From an uncultured Candidatus Rokubacteria bacterium (GTDB lineage: Bacteria > Methylomirabilota > Methylomirabilia > Rokubacteriales > DASRDR01): a DNA stretch of 64,000 nucleotides. The notes beneath the pieces are model-generated. The model had not been told where the DNA came from. It was given only the letters and a program-made list of their open reading frames with translations, and did no database searches. A program made the position numbers and the translations under genes. The stretch lies in the NCBI GenBank assembly GCA_963826115.1, contig CAWGVS010000004.1, forward strand, positions 196,373-260,372, read 5' to 3'. Positions 48,693 to 59,724 of this stretch are shown here, in pieces (the first letter of the stretch is position 1; each line of letters begins with the position of its first letter).

Positions 48693-49265
48693 ATGTTCAA
48701 TCGAAGGATCACCGCAGGTTTGCTGAGTGGTGTCGTGGCCGTTGGTCTGGTTCTGTCGGGTCAGACCGTGGCGGCCCTCACGGCCCAGGAGGCGGCCAAG
48801 CTGGAGACCGAGGCAAACGCCACGCTGGCGAAGTTCCAGGCAGACACCAAGGGCGCCCAGGAGGTGTTCGCCAACGCCAAGGGCATCCTGGTGTGCCCGA
48901 AGATCACCAAGGGAGGCCTCATCATCGGCGTGGAGTCAGGCAACTGCGTGCTGACCAAGGGTGCCCCGAAGCCGATCCACTACGGGACGAGCGCGCTCAA
49001 GGCGGGACTCCTCGTGGGCATCGCGTCGTACTCGATGATCCTTGCGCTGAACACGGACGCCGCGGTGGCCAAGTTCACCAAGAGCGATCGCGAATGGGAG
49101 ATGGGCGTGGATGCGTCGGTGGCCGTGGCCAAGGTGGGCGCCGGCGGCGCTCTCGACACGACCAATCTGAAGAAAGACATCGTGTCCTTCATCTTCGGCG
49201 ACAAGGGCTTGATGGGGGACGTGTCGTTCTCGGGCTCGCGTTTCAAGAAGGCCGAGATCAAGTAA
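48693..49265 (+). CDS. YSC84/SYLF lipid-binding domain exported protein
   Basis: Signal peptide; AKGILV.P...KGG..IG...G, G.DASVA, KGLM...S..GS. Confidence 0.85.
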   Translation: MFNRRITAGLLSGVVAVGLVLSGQTVAALTAQEAAKLETEANATLAKFQADTKGAQEVFANAKGILVCPKITKGGLIIGVESGNCVLTKGAPKPIHYGTSALKAGLLVGIASYSMILALNTDAAVAKFTKSDREWEMGVDASVAVAKVGAGGALDTTNLKKDIVSFIFGDKGLMGDVSFSGSRFKKAEIK

Positions 49266-49373
49266 CGCTCGTCCCTTAGCCACGGAACGCGGTCGAACGG
49301 TCCGCTCCTGTCGGCCCTTCGCGCCGGGAGGAGCGGACCGGCAGGTCGCTCGGGATCCTCAAGACGTGTTCTC

Positions 49374-52300
49374 ATGGATCCCGGAGCATCGCTCACGGTG
49401 AACGAACCTCACGGCCCCCGGCGGCGCCCTTCGAGGCGTCGTCTCCTCCGATGGACGCTCGTCGGGCTCGCGGCACTCGTCCTGCTCCTCGGAGTGGGCG
49501 TGGCGACGGCGTGGATTCTGTTCCGGCTTCGCGGGCCCGAGCTGATCCGCGCCGAGCTCGAGGGCGCCCTGGTCACGGCGCTGGGCCGCCCGGCCCGCGT
49601 CGAGGCCGTGACCTTCCATCCCTGGCCGGTCGCCCTCCGAGTCTCCGGGGTCGCCGTCGCCAGCGGCGCGTCCTGGGACCAGGGCACCCTTCTCCGGCTC
49701 GATCACGGCGACGTCAGCGTCCGGATCGAGAGCCTCTGGCGTCGGCGGCTCGTGATCGGCGTGACCCTCACGGGGGTCGATGTCACCGCCAGCGCCGCGG
49801 GGGGCGGCGGAGCGGCGATCCCGATCCTCCCCGACACCGTCGCCATCGGCCCGGTGACGGCCCGGCTCGCCGTGGTGCAGATCCGGCAGGGCCATATCCT
49901 CTACCGGGATCCGGATGCGCCGTGGACGGTCGAGGTCGGTGGGCTCGACGTCGATGGCCGGCCGCAGCCGGACGCGCTCGCGCTTTCCGTGGCGGCCGAG
50001 AGCCTCCGCTTCGAGTCGCCCGCGGTGCGCGAGCGCGTCGAGCGGGTCCGCGCGGAGGGCACGCTCCGTGCGGGGGAGGTGACTGCCCAGAGCGTGCGAT
50101 TCCGGTGGGAAGGGCACGAGGCCGAGCTGTCCGGCCAGCTGCGACCGACCCCGGCGGGGCTCGCCGTGGTCGGCAGGGTTCGCGGAGAGGCCAGCCTGGT
50201 CCCGATCGCCAGCCGCGCCGGGATGACCTGGCCGCTCACCGGCATCGCCCGGTTCGACGTGACGCTCGAGGGACCGGTCGCCGCGCCGCGGGTCGAGGGC
50301 CGCATCAGCGTGCCCGAGCTCACCGCGGGGCCGGTTCGTGCGCGAGGTATCCATCTCGAGGGAAGCTTCGGCGACGGGGCCTTGCACCTCCGGGACCTTC
50401 ATGGAGACCTCCCTGGCGGACCCGTTCGGGGCACCTTCACCCTGAGCCCCGACCGGGGAGCCGGCGCGCAACGGGCCCACCTCTCGCTGGACGGGCTCCG
50501 GCTCCCGGGAGCCTTCGCCGCCCTCGGCCCAGTGAACGTTCAGGCTGATGGCCGGCTCGAAGGGGGCGGCATCGAGCTTGGGCCAGTGACCGCACGGTGG
50601 GCCGCGGCGCGGCTGGACGTGACGGGCCGCGTGGAGCCGGGGAGCCGCCTGGCGCTCCGCGCGGACCTCGACGCCGACCTCGAACCGCTCACGCGGGCTC
50701 TCGGGATGACGGGCGTTGCGGGACCCGCGCGCGTGACCGCGGAAGCGACGGGAACGTGGGATCGGCCGGTCGTCGCCGGCCAGGCCGATGTGGGGCCGCT
50801 CACCCTGACCACGCGGACGCTCGATCGCGCGGAGCTGCGCTACCGGCTGGCGAGCCGCGAAGGCTTCTCGCGGTGGACAGGGACGCTCGAGACGCCGCGC
50901 GTCGGCCTCCCCGAGGCGCCGATCGAGGGCCTCCGCGCGGCCGTCGCGCTCGACGCCGAGCGGGTCGAGGTCCAGCCCTTGACCGCCCGCGTGCGGGGCA
51001 TCCCGTTGACGCTGCGAGGGACCTGGGACTGGGGAGGCGATGGACGGGCGGAGGGGGACCTGGGGCCGGTCGCGCTCGGGGGGTTGCCCGGACTTCCCGC
51101 CGGCGTCTCGCTGGAGGGGTCCGGTGAGGCGCGCTTCCGGGCCAGCACACAACGAGGGGCGGTGTCCGTCACCGCGGCGATCGGCCTCCGTGACGTCTCG
51201 CTCGGCGGCGTCCTCCTCGGGCCGGGCCGCCTCGACGTCGGCGTCACGGGCCGCGATCTGACGGCGGCGCTCGAGTTCCCCGCGATGAGGCTCTCGGCCT
51301 CGGCCCAAGGACGTCTCGAGGAAGGCCGGACCCTCACCGCGCAGGCCCGACTCGAGCGGGCCAGCCTGGATCCGATCGTGGCCCAGGCGGCGCCCGCGGC
51401 ACGGGGGCGAGTGCTCGGGAGCGTCTCGGCACGGGCGGAGGCTGAGGTCCCCCTTTGGCGGCCGGGCGAGATCCGGATGACGGCGTCGATCACCCCGGAC
51501 GAGCTCGTCGTCGGGGGCGGACGCTGGACGACTCGCTCGCCGGCCGTCGTCCGGTGGGACCGCGGGCGACTCTCGCTGGATCAGTTCCGGGCCGAGGGCC
51601 CGCCGGGAACGGTCACGGCGTCCGCCGTCATGGAAGCCGGCGGGAGCGACGCCCGCATAGCGCTGGGGCTGGAGCAGGCGCGACTGCCGCCGCCGCTCGA
51701 CCGGGTCCCCCCGGGCGACGTGCGGGGGGAGGCGCGGCTCACCACGACCGGGCTGGAGGCCGTGTCGATCCGCGGCCGCTGGCGCGTGGGAACGCTGTCC
51801 CTGGACGGCCGCGTGCCGTTCGAAGGGCCGATGGCGCTCCGCAGCCGGCTCGTGGCCGACGGGGCCGAGCTGGCGCGGAGCCTTGACCAGGATCGCGTTG
51901 CCGGCCAGGTGATCGTCTCCGCGGACGTGAGCGGGTCGTGGCGGGAACCGGTCGCCAGCGGACGGCTCGAGGCGCCCTCCCTCACGAGCGCGGAGGTCAC
52001 GCTCACGGGGGTCACGGTCCCGTTCCGGCTCACGCCGTCCGCCATCCGGATTGCCGACGCCCGCGCCATCCTCGGGGAGGATCCACTGGCGCTCGAGGGC
52101 GAAGCGTCGTGGGCAACGGAAGGGTGGCGCGGACGGGGAACGCTGACGGCCCCGGTCCTGACCCTGGGAGGCTGGCCGATCGAGGCGCTCCACGCCGCCT
52201 TCCGGATGGACGCGGAGCGGATCGAGGCGACCGCGGTGTCCACCCGCATTCGCGGCGTGGCCGTGCGGGGGACGGGGTCGTGGCAGTGGAGCGGAGGCGG

Positions 52301-54122
52301 TCGCCTGGAGGCCCGGCTCGGGCCGGTCGGGTTGGCGGAGCTGCAAGATGTCCCCCCGATCCTCGGCCTCGCCGGCTCGGCGTCGGGGCGCGTCGAGGCC
52401 GTGTTCCGGTCGCGCGAGGACGTCACGGCCTCGCTGGCGCTTCGGTTCGACGGGGTCCGCGCGGCGCGTGAGACGCTCGGCGCCGGGACCCTGACGGGCG
52501 AGATTCGGGGGCGCGCGATCCGCGCCGAGCTCGCCTTTCCCGAGCGTCGGTTCAGCGCAGTTGCCGAGGGGCGTGCCGAGACGGGTGCCACGATGAGGGT
52601 CCGCGCCACGGTGGATGATCTTTCCCTTGGGGAACTGGGGCGACGGCTCGGCCTGGGGGAGCGCGCGACGGTCGACGGCTCGGTGTCGGCGCGGCTCCTG
52701 GCCGACGTCCCACTGGATCGCCCGAGGGCGGGGCGGGGGACGCTCGGTCTCGACCCGCTCCGACTCGTGGTCGCGGGCGAGGCTCTCACGAACAAGGAGC
52801 CGATCGTCGCGAGCTTCGACGCGGGCGCGCTGCGTGTCGAGCGCCTGTCGCTCGAGGGACGTGCGGGGACGATCACGGGACGCGGGGCGCTCCATGCGGG
52901 CGGCGCTCTCGATGTCGAGCTCCGGGGCCAGATCCCGCTGGGCGTGCTCGCGGCGCTCCGCCCCGAGGTGGAAGCGGCGAGCGGGACGCTGGAGGCGAGC
53001 GTGACGGCGCGAGGCACGACCTCGGCGCCCGAGATCAGCGGCACCGGAGCTCTCCACGGCGCGAGCGTCACGGTCCGCGGTTACGCGGAACCCGTCCGCG
53101 AGATCCAGGCGCGGTTCACCGCGTCTCCCGCCGGCCTCCGCCTGATCGAGGCTCGGGGCGTTTTCGGCGGAGGGACGTTGACCGCGAGCGGCGAGGCGGC
53201 GTTGGCGGACGGGGGGCTCGGGGCCTATCGCGTGGTGCTCACGGCTCGCCGCGTCGCCGCGACGCCGATCGACGGCCTCTCGACCCTCTGGGACGCCGAT
53301 CTGGAGCTCGCGGGCCGCGCCGCGCGCGGGCTGCTCCAGGGGGAGCTGCGCCTGGTCCGGGGAATGTACACGCGCGAGTTCGCCCCTGGCGCCGGCGGAC
53401 CGCAGGGGTCGGCCGGGCCGGCGGCCGGCGCGATCGGGCTCCCGTTGCGGATCGCCGTCAAGCTCGACGACAACCTCGTGGTGCGAAATCGCACCGCCTC
53501 CCTGCGGATCGGCGGGACTCTCTCCGTCGAGGGCTCGACCGCGGCCCCGGCCGTGCTCGGGGTGCTCGAGACCCGGGAGGGCCGGGTGTCGTTCCGGGAT
53601 CGCCGCTTCACGATCCTCACGGCAACGGCCCGCTTCGTCGATCCCCGGCGTGTGGACCCCTTTCTCGATGCGACCGCCATCGCGCGCATCCGCGAGTACG
53701 ACGTGACCGCCCGCGTCAGCGGACGCCTCGACCGGCTGGACGTGCGGCTCTCTTCGACCCCTCCGCTCCCGCAGGAGGATCTCCTGGCCCTCGTCGCCTT
53801 CGGCGCCACGCGCGCCGAGCTCGAGCGGTCGCCCGCCGGCGTCCTCGCCGAAGAGGCAGCCCGGACCATCGTTCGCGATCTCCTGGGCCTCGAAGGCCTG
53901 CCGGGAATGGGTGGCGGCGACGGCGGACAGCAGCGGCTCCAGTTGAGAACCCACACGACGCCCGAGCGGACGACCCCGGCCGGCGCGCCCGGGACGGAAA
54001 GCGGCGGACAGCAACGGGTGCGGGTCGAGTACCAGCTCCTCGGCCCGCTGAGTCTGGTCGGCGAGCAAGGGATGAGCGGCGGCTATGCCGCCGGAGTGGT
54101 CCTGCGGCTCCGGTTCCGATGA
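49374..54122 (+). CDS. tamB: TamB/AsmA-like translocation-assembly protein (DUF490)
   Basis: N-terminal TM, about 1500 aa of Gly-rich beta repeats, C-terminal DP.LD..A...Y.V...G......LSS.P.L...DLLALV. Confidence 0.85.
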   Translation: MDPGASLTVNEPHGPRRRPSRRRLLRWTLVGLAALVLLLGVGVATAWILFRLRGPELIRAELEGALVTALGRPARVEAVTFHPWPVALRVSGVAVASGASWDQGTLLRLDHGDVSVRIESLWRRRLVIGVTLTGVDVTASAAGGGGAAIPILPDTVAIGPVTARLAVVQIRQGHILYRDPDAPWTVEVGGLDVDGRPQPDALALSVAAESLRFESPAVRERVERVRAEGTLRAGEVTAQSVRFRWEGHEAELSGQLRPTPAGLAVVGRVRGEASLVPIASRAGMTWPLTGIARFDVTLEGPVAAPRVEGRISVPELTAGPVRARGIHLEGSFGDGALHLRDLHGDLPGGPVRGTFTLSPDRGAGAQRAHLSLDGLRLPGAFAALGPVNVQADGRLEGGGIELGPVTARWAAARLDVTGRVEPGSRLALRADLDADLEPLTRALGMTGVAGPARVTAEATGTWDRPVVAGQADVGPLTLTTRTLDRAELRYRLASREGFSRWTGTLETPRVGLPEAPIEGLRAAVALDAERVEVQPLTARVRGIPLTLRGTWDWGGDGRAEGDLGPVALGGLPGLPAGVSLEGSGEARFRASTQRGAVSVTAAIGLRDVSLGGVLLGPGRLDVGVTGRDLTAALEFPAMRLSASAQGRLEEGRTLTAQARLERASLDPIVAQAAPAARGRVLGSVSARAEAEVPLWRPGEIRMTASITPDELVVGGGRWTTRSPAVVRWDRGRLSLDQFRAEGPPGTVTASAVMEAGGSDARIALGLEQARLPPPLDRVPPGDVRGEARLTTTGLEAVSIRGRWRVGTLSLDGRVPFEGPMALRSRLVADGAELARSLDQDRVAGQVIVSADVSGSWREPVASGRLEAPSLTSAEVTLTGVTVPFRLTPSAIRIADARAILGEDPLALEGEASWATEGWRGRGTLTAPVLTLGGWPIEALHAAFRMDAERIEATAVSTRIRGVAVRGTGSWQWSGGGRLEARLGPVGLAELQDVPPILGLAGSASGRVEAVFRSREDVTASLALRFDGVRAARETLGAGTLTGEIRGRAIRAELAFPERRFSAVAEGRAETGATMRVRATVDDLSLGELGRRLGLGERATVDGSVSARLLADVPLDRPRAGRGTLGLDPLRLVVAGEALTNKEPIVASFDAGALRVERLSLEGRAGTITGRGALHAGGALDVELRGQIPLGVLAALRPEVEAASGTLEASVTARGTTSAPEISGTGALHGASVTVRGYAEPVREIQARFTASPAGLRLIEARGVFGGGTLTASGEAALADGGLGAYRVVLTARRVAATPIDGLSTLWDADLELAGRAARGLLQGELRLVRGMYTREFAPGAGGPQGSAGPAAGAIGLPLRIAVKLDDNLVVRNRTASLRIGGTLSVEGSTAAPAVLGVLETREGRVSFRDRRFTILTATARFVDPRRVDPFLDATAIARIREYDVTARVSGRLDRLDVRLSSTPPLPQEDLLALVAFGATRAELERSPAGVLAEEAARTIVRDLLGLEGLPGMGGGDGGQQRLQLRTHTTPERTTPAGAPGTESGGQQRVRVEYQLLGPLSLVGEQGMSGGYAAGVVLRLRFR

Positions 54123-56888
54123 GGGCGCGCGGAGGTGCCACCGTCGCCCTCGCGGCGGCGCTCTGGCTCGCGGCCACGGCCGGGCCGGCTGCCGCGGGGG
54201 CACAGGACGGTGCGCGCGCGGTCGTCACGGCGGTCGACCTCATCACCGCCGTCGATGTCCCCGAGTCGCTCGTCCGGGGCGCGATCGGCGAGATGGTCGG
54301 CCGGCCGCGCTCGCGGGAGGCGGTCCGGCAGAGCCTCGACCGGCTGTGGGCGCTCGGGCTCTTCGCGGACGTCGTCGTCGACGAGATCGACGCCCCGGAG
54401 GGCATCCGCCTGCGCTACCACCTGACGCCGCGGCCGCTCGTGCGCCGGATCGCCTGGCAGGGCGACGCGGGGCTCGACCTCGGACGGCTCGTCGCGGCGG
54501 CATCCCTTGCGCTCGGCGAGGAGGCGTCCCCGGAACGGCTCGCGCGCGCCCGCGAGGATCTCCTCGCGCTCTACCGCCGCGAGGGCTACCTCGACGCTCG
54601 GGTCGAGCTCGAGACCGCACCCGTCTCCGGAGAGGCGGGGCAGGACGTCACCATCGTCCTTTCCGCCGGGATCCCGGTCCGTTCTCGAGCAGGTCCGTCT
54701 CGAAGGATCGCTCGGGCTGCCCGAGAGGACCGCGGCCGAGGTGCTCCGGCCTCAGGACCGGGGATCGATACCGGGAGGCCGTCGTGCGCGAACGGGCGCG
54801 CGCGCTCGAGGAGCGGCTGCGGCGCGAGGGATTCTTCGAGGCTCGCGTCACGGGCCGCCCGCCCACCCGGGTCGCCGGCACGCCGCGGGTCGACCTGACC
54901 ATCGACGTCGCGGCCGGCCGGCGATACGTGGTGACCTTCGCCGGACGGCGCGCCCTGGCGGAGTCGGCGCTCCGGGACCGCCTGACCGTGCTCGACAGCG
55001 GCGCGGTGGACGAGTTCGAGGTCGAGGCGAGCGCGCGGCAGCTCGAAGCCCTCTACCGCGAGCGGGGATACGCCTTCACCCGCGTCACGGGAACCCTCGA
55101 CGGCGCCGTCGACCCGCCGACGATCGGCTTCGTGGTGACCGAGGGCCCGGAGGTGCGCGTCGCGTCGGTGACGTTTCGCGGCAACGTGGCCCTCGCGACC
55201 GATCGGCTGCGGGCGGTGATCGCGACGCGCGCTCGCGGGCGTCCTGGAGAAGGGGCTGTTCCGCCAGGACGTCCTCGATCGGGACGTGGCGACGCTCCAG
55301 GCCTTCGCCCGGACCCAGGGATTCGCCGACGCGACCGTCGGACCCGCCGAGGTCCGGTTCGAGGACAACCGGACGCGCGCGCACATCGTGATCCCGGTCG
55401 TGGAGGGACCCACGGGTGACGGTCGCGCACGTCGGCGTGGAAGGGCAGACCCTGTTCGCGACCGCGGAGCTCCTCGCCGCGATTCCGATCGTGCCGGGGG
55501 ATCCATGGAGTCCCGCCCGGATCGAGGAGGGGCGGCGCGGGATCGAGCGGCTCTACGCCCGCCGGGGATATCACGGCGCGACGGCAGACGCCGACGTCAC
55601 TCGCCGCGACCGCGAGGTGTCGGTGATCTATCGCATCGCCGAGGGTCCCCAGACGCGAATCGGGCGCATCCTCCTGCGCGGGCTCGCGATGACGAAGGAG
55701 GAAACGGTGCGCCGACAGCTCGGGTTCGAGCCCGGCGACGTCTTCGACCCGGAGCGGCTCGCCGCGACCCGGCGACGCCTCGAACGGCCGCCGGCGTTCG
55801 CGACGGCCGACGTGGGCCCGCCGCGGCCTCCGCCCGCGCCGTTCGCCGACGTCGAGGTCCTTCTCGCCGAGCAGAAGCCGTGGCGGTTCGAGCTGGGGAT
55901 CGGCTACGACACCGCAATTGGCGCCAGCGGGTATCTCGAGCTGTCGCACGACAACCTCTTCGGGACCGCCCGGAGCGCCGGCATCCGCATCAAGGAGGCC
56001 GTCGGCGGCGAGGCGATCCAGCGCCTCGATCACATTGACCTGATCTACCGAGAGCCCTGGATTCCGGCGACGCCCTGGCAGGGCCAGGTCGAGCTCTATG
56101 GCGAGCGCACCGAGAACCTGGGCTATGACCTCCAGCGCGTCGGGTTCCTGGCCTGGATCGGCGACGACCTCCTGAATCCGCGCGGGCCCCGGATCTTCCG
56201 ATCCCAGCTCCGCTACCGCCTGGAGGGGGCGCAAGTCTCCAACGTGAGCACGGATCTCCAGGCGCAGGGCATCGAGCCCGGCACCGATCGGATCGGGAGC
56301 CTGACGCCGGTCGTCGTGTGGGACTTCCGCGACGACCGCTTCAACCCCCACCGGGGCAGTGTCCACCAGCTGTCCCTGGAAACGGCACTCTCCGCCCTCG
56401 GCGGGAACGTCGAGTTCACGAAGGCCGAGGTCTCGACGAGCTGGTTCTTCTCGTGGCTGCCGCCCACCGTGATCGCGGTCTCGGGACGGCTGGGACTGGC
56501 CGCGCCGTTCGGCGGGACCGAGAGCCTGCCGATCGAGAGTCGTTTCTTCACGGGTGGGTCCACGAGCGTGCGCGGGTTTCCCGAGAACCGGCTGGGCCCG
56601 CGAGATGCGGCCGGGAATCCGGTCGGCGGCGAGGCGCTGGCGGTCGTGAGCCTGGAGTGGCGCTTTCCACTCTGGCGCTGGGTCAGCGGGGCGGTGTTCG
56701 TCGATGCCGGCACGGTGACGCCGGAAATCGGCGACCTGAGCTTCTCGGCATTCAAGTCGGGGGTCGGGGCGGGGCTGCGCGTCGCGACGCCGGTCGGGCC
56801 CATCCGGTTCGATGGGGGCTATGCTCTCCAGCCGATCCCGGGCGAGGATCGGCTCCAGCTCTATCTGACGGTGGGGTTCCCCTTCTGA
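54119..56888 (+). pseudogene. TamA/BamA-like Omp85 protein with about 7 POTRA domains, broken by four +1 frameshifts (probably assembly errors)
   Basis: POTRA text continues across frames at about 54670, 54747, 55238 and 55410; removing 4 nt gives 921 aa; barrel with FFTGG..SVRGF, G.G.G.R..TPVGP.R.D and terminal F. Confidence 0.85.
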
Positions 56889-57625
56889 TGTGGAGACGGC
56901 GCGGCTATCCGTCGAGCTGTCCCCCCGCGATTCCCACCGGGAGGCGCCGAGCGGACTCGGCTTCGTCGAAGCTCGTTGGAGCGGCACTGCGCCTCCTCGC
57001 CGTCTTCGGCACGCTCGGTCCCGCCGTGACGAGCCACGCCGACGTTCGCTTCCTGGACCGGGTCCTGGCCGAGATCGATGGCGCCCCCGTGACGGCGAGC
57101 GACGTTGCGATCGCGCGGGCGCTCGGGCTCTTCGAGCTCTCTCCGGCGCCGCACGCCCTCGCGGCGACGGATGTCGAGCACTACGTGGTGGGACGGCTGC
57201 TCGTCCGGGAGGCGTCGCGGCTCGGCCTCGCGGCGACGGCCGCCGAGCGGACTGAGGCGTGGGTGGCCGCCGCCGGCCGGGCGGGTGGCCAGGCCAGCCT
57301 CGAAGCGTGGCTCCGGAGCGCCGACGTCGATCCGGCCTGGGCGCGGCGGCTGGTCGATGAGGATCTCATGAGACGTCGCTTCGTCGAGATCCGGTTCCGC
57401 GACCTCGCCTTCGTCTCCGAGGCCGAGGTGACCGCGGCGATGGGCCCCGGCGCGCACGGCGAGGCGGCGCGGGAGGCGGTCCGCGCCCGGCTCGAGAGCG
57501 ACACGGCTCGCCGGCGACTCGGCGAATGGCTCGTCGAGACGAGGGCGCGCAGCGTCATCCGCCGCCTCGTCGACGAGGGCACGCGAGTTCCGGACCCCCT
57601 GGCCGGCGCCGGGGAGCAGCGGTGA
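56888..57625 (+). CDS. SurA N-terminal-like periplasmic chaperone
   Basis: Signal; DRV.A.IDG..VT.SDV, LL..EA..LG, VS..EV, WL...R....I; start uncertain. Confidence 0.6.
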   Translation: MWRRRGYPSSCPPAIPTGRRRADSASSKLVGAALRLLAVFGTLGPAVTSHADVRFLDRVLAEIDGAPVTASDVAIARALGLFELSPAPHALAATDVEHYVVGRLLVREASRLGLAATAAERTEAWVAAAGRAGGQASLEAWLRSADVDPAWARRLVDEDLMRRRFVEIRFRDLAFVSEAEVTAAMGPGAHGEAAREAVRARLESDTARRRLGEWLVETRARSVIRRLVDEGTRVPDPLAGAGEQR

Positions 57626-57796
57626 CGCCGGAGGGCTCTGCCATGCGCTGGGAGCGACACGACAGGTTGGCGGGCGCCGCCCGGCGGCAGGGCGCGGACG
57701 CGGGGCCCGAGACCGGCAAAGAGGCTAGACTGTCGAGACGGCGTCTCGGCAATCCGTCCTCACGAACGGCTGTTGCTTCTCGAGTGGGAGGAAACC

Positions 57797-58195
57797 ATGA
57801 TCACCCTGAACCGGCGGGTACTGCTTCTTTTCCTGGGCATGATCATGCTGTATGGCTGCGAAGGAGCGCTCGTCACCGACACGCAGAGTCTGCTCGCCCC
57901 CAGGTTCACGCGCTCAGAGGTCCTCGGCTTGATAGCGGGATTTGGAACGACCTTTGCCGCCGTGCCGGACCTGGTCGGGATGCTGAGGCGGCGGTCGAGT
58001 GCGGGCATGAACCCGAAGATGGCGGCGATCATGGGCGCCTTCCAGATTCTGTGGATCTGGTACGGGCTGGTCATCGTTTCGAGACCCGTGGTGCTCTGGA
58101 ATATGATTGCCGTGGTGACAAATGCTTTCACGGTGAGCGCGTATCTTCACTATGCGCGCCGCGAACGGGAACGCTCGGCAACGACAGCGGGCTAA
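57797..58195 (+). CDS. SemiSWEET/PQ-loop-like transporter
   Basis: G.IAG..TT....PD......RSS.G, W..YG.....PV..WN; SD GGAGG. Confidence 0.7.
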   Translation: MITLNRRVLLLFLGMIMLYGCEGALVTDTQSLLAPRFTRSEVLGLIAGFGTTFAAVPDLVGMLRRRSSAGMNPKMAAIMGAFQILWIWYGLVIVSRPVVLWNMIAVVTNAFTVSAYLHYARRERERSATTAG

Positions 58196-58295
58196 TCGCC
58201 CGCGCGGCTCAACATCATTGGCGAATGCTGCGCCACGAACGCGGACCACGCCATCCCGCGCGCCCGGCCGATCTCCCGGACGCAAAAGGAGAAGA

Positions 58296-59412
58296 ATGAT
58301 GAACGCGCCCTTGAAGCCAGATCCAGGTCTCGAAGCAACAGAGGACAACCCCGCTGCTCGACGTGCTGATCCGCGCCGGTCTCATCTTCGGGCTGGCGAC
58401 GCTCTGTTACCGGATCTTCTCGCCATTCCTGACCCTGACGGTCTGGGCGGTGATCCTCGCCGTCACGATGTACCCGCTCCACCAGCGGGTTGCGTCCCGG
58501 ATGGGCGGGAAGCAGGGATGGGCGTCCATGCTGATCGTTCTGGTTGGTGTGGCGATCTTCGTGGTGCCGACGGGTCTGCTGGTGGGTTCGCTGGGCGACG
58601 CGGCGCAGGAATTCATAGCCGGCGTCCAGGCCAACACCCTGCAGATTCCGCCTCCGCGCCCGGGTGTGGAAAGATGGCCGATCGTCGGCCCGGACATCCA
58701 TGCGTTCTGGTCGAAGGCACACTCCGACCTTCCGGCACTCGTGAAGAGCATGCAGCCGAAGGTCGGTGAGCTCGCGCTTTGGTTGCTGGGCGCGGTGGCC
58801 GGCATTGGCGGCGGCATGCTCCAGCTCCTGGCGGCGTTCGTGATCGCCGGCGTGATCATGGCATTTGGCGAGGCTGGCGCACGCAGCAGCGAGGCGATCT
58901 TCTCGCGGATCATCAGCCCGGAGCGTGCCGCCGGGTTCGCTGCGCTGTGCACGGCGACCATTCGTGCGGTCGCGCAGGGTGTCATCGGGGTGGCCCTGAT
59001 CCAGGCCCTCGCGGTTGGCGTGATTCTGCTCGTGGCCGGAATCCCGCTGGCGGGCCTGCTCGCGATCCTCGTCCTGGTGCTGGGCATTGCACAGCTGCCC
59101 GCCGTGGTCGTCCTCTTGCCGGTGATTGCCTACATCTGGATGGGCGGCGATTTCGGCACGGGGTCGGCGATCGTCTATTCGGCGCTGCTGCTCGCCGCAG
59201 GCCTGTTGGACAACATCCTGAAGCCGCTGATGATGGGCCGTGGCGTCGATGCGCCGATGCCGGTCATCCTGCTCGGCGCATTGGGCGGCATGGCGGCCAG
59301 GGGCATGGTCGGACTGTTCCTGGGCGCCGTCCTGCTGGCGCTGGGCTACCAGATCTTCATGATGTGGGTATACGCGGACCAGGCAGAGTCTGATCCGCAG
59401 CCGGCCGGCTGA
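58296..59412 (+). CDS. AI-2E (PerM) family transporter with one +1 frameshift near 58333
   Basis: SD AAGGAG and ATG 58296 are one base out of frame with ORF 58363; W..ILAV..YP, DN.LKP..MGRG, G.F.G. Confidence 0.85.
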
Positions 59413-59724
59413 AGCGTCGAAACGCTTGCGCTCCGAGGCGCCGGTAGGGTCCGGCACTGGACGGCCCACCCCCTGGCGAACCGTCCAGCCGCCGGGAGTG
59501 GCAACCGAGCGCAGCGCGACGTCTGGCACATCGACAAGGGCAGGGCGTCGGGGCGATGGACACGAGGTGAGGAGGCAGCCGGCAACGGTCAGGGTGGGCA
59601 TCGAGAGACCACCTTTTCGAATCGGTCCTGCTGCCGCCAAATCTGGCCCTGCAGAAGGGATTCAGCATTTGTGGCGTGCCACCCCGATGCGGTAACGTCT
59701 TGACTGAGGCCGCCGAGGGCAATC

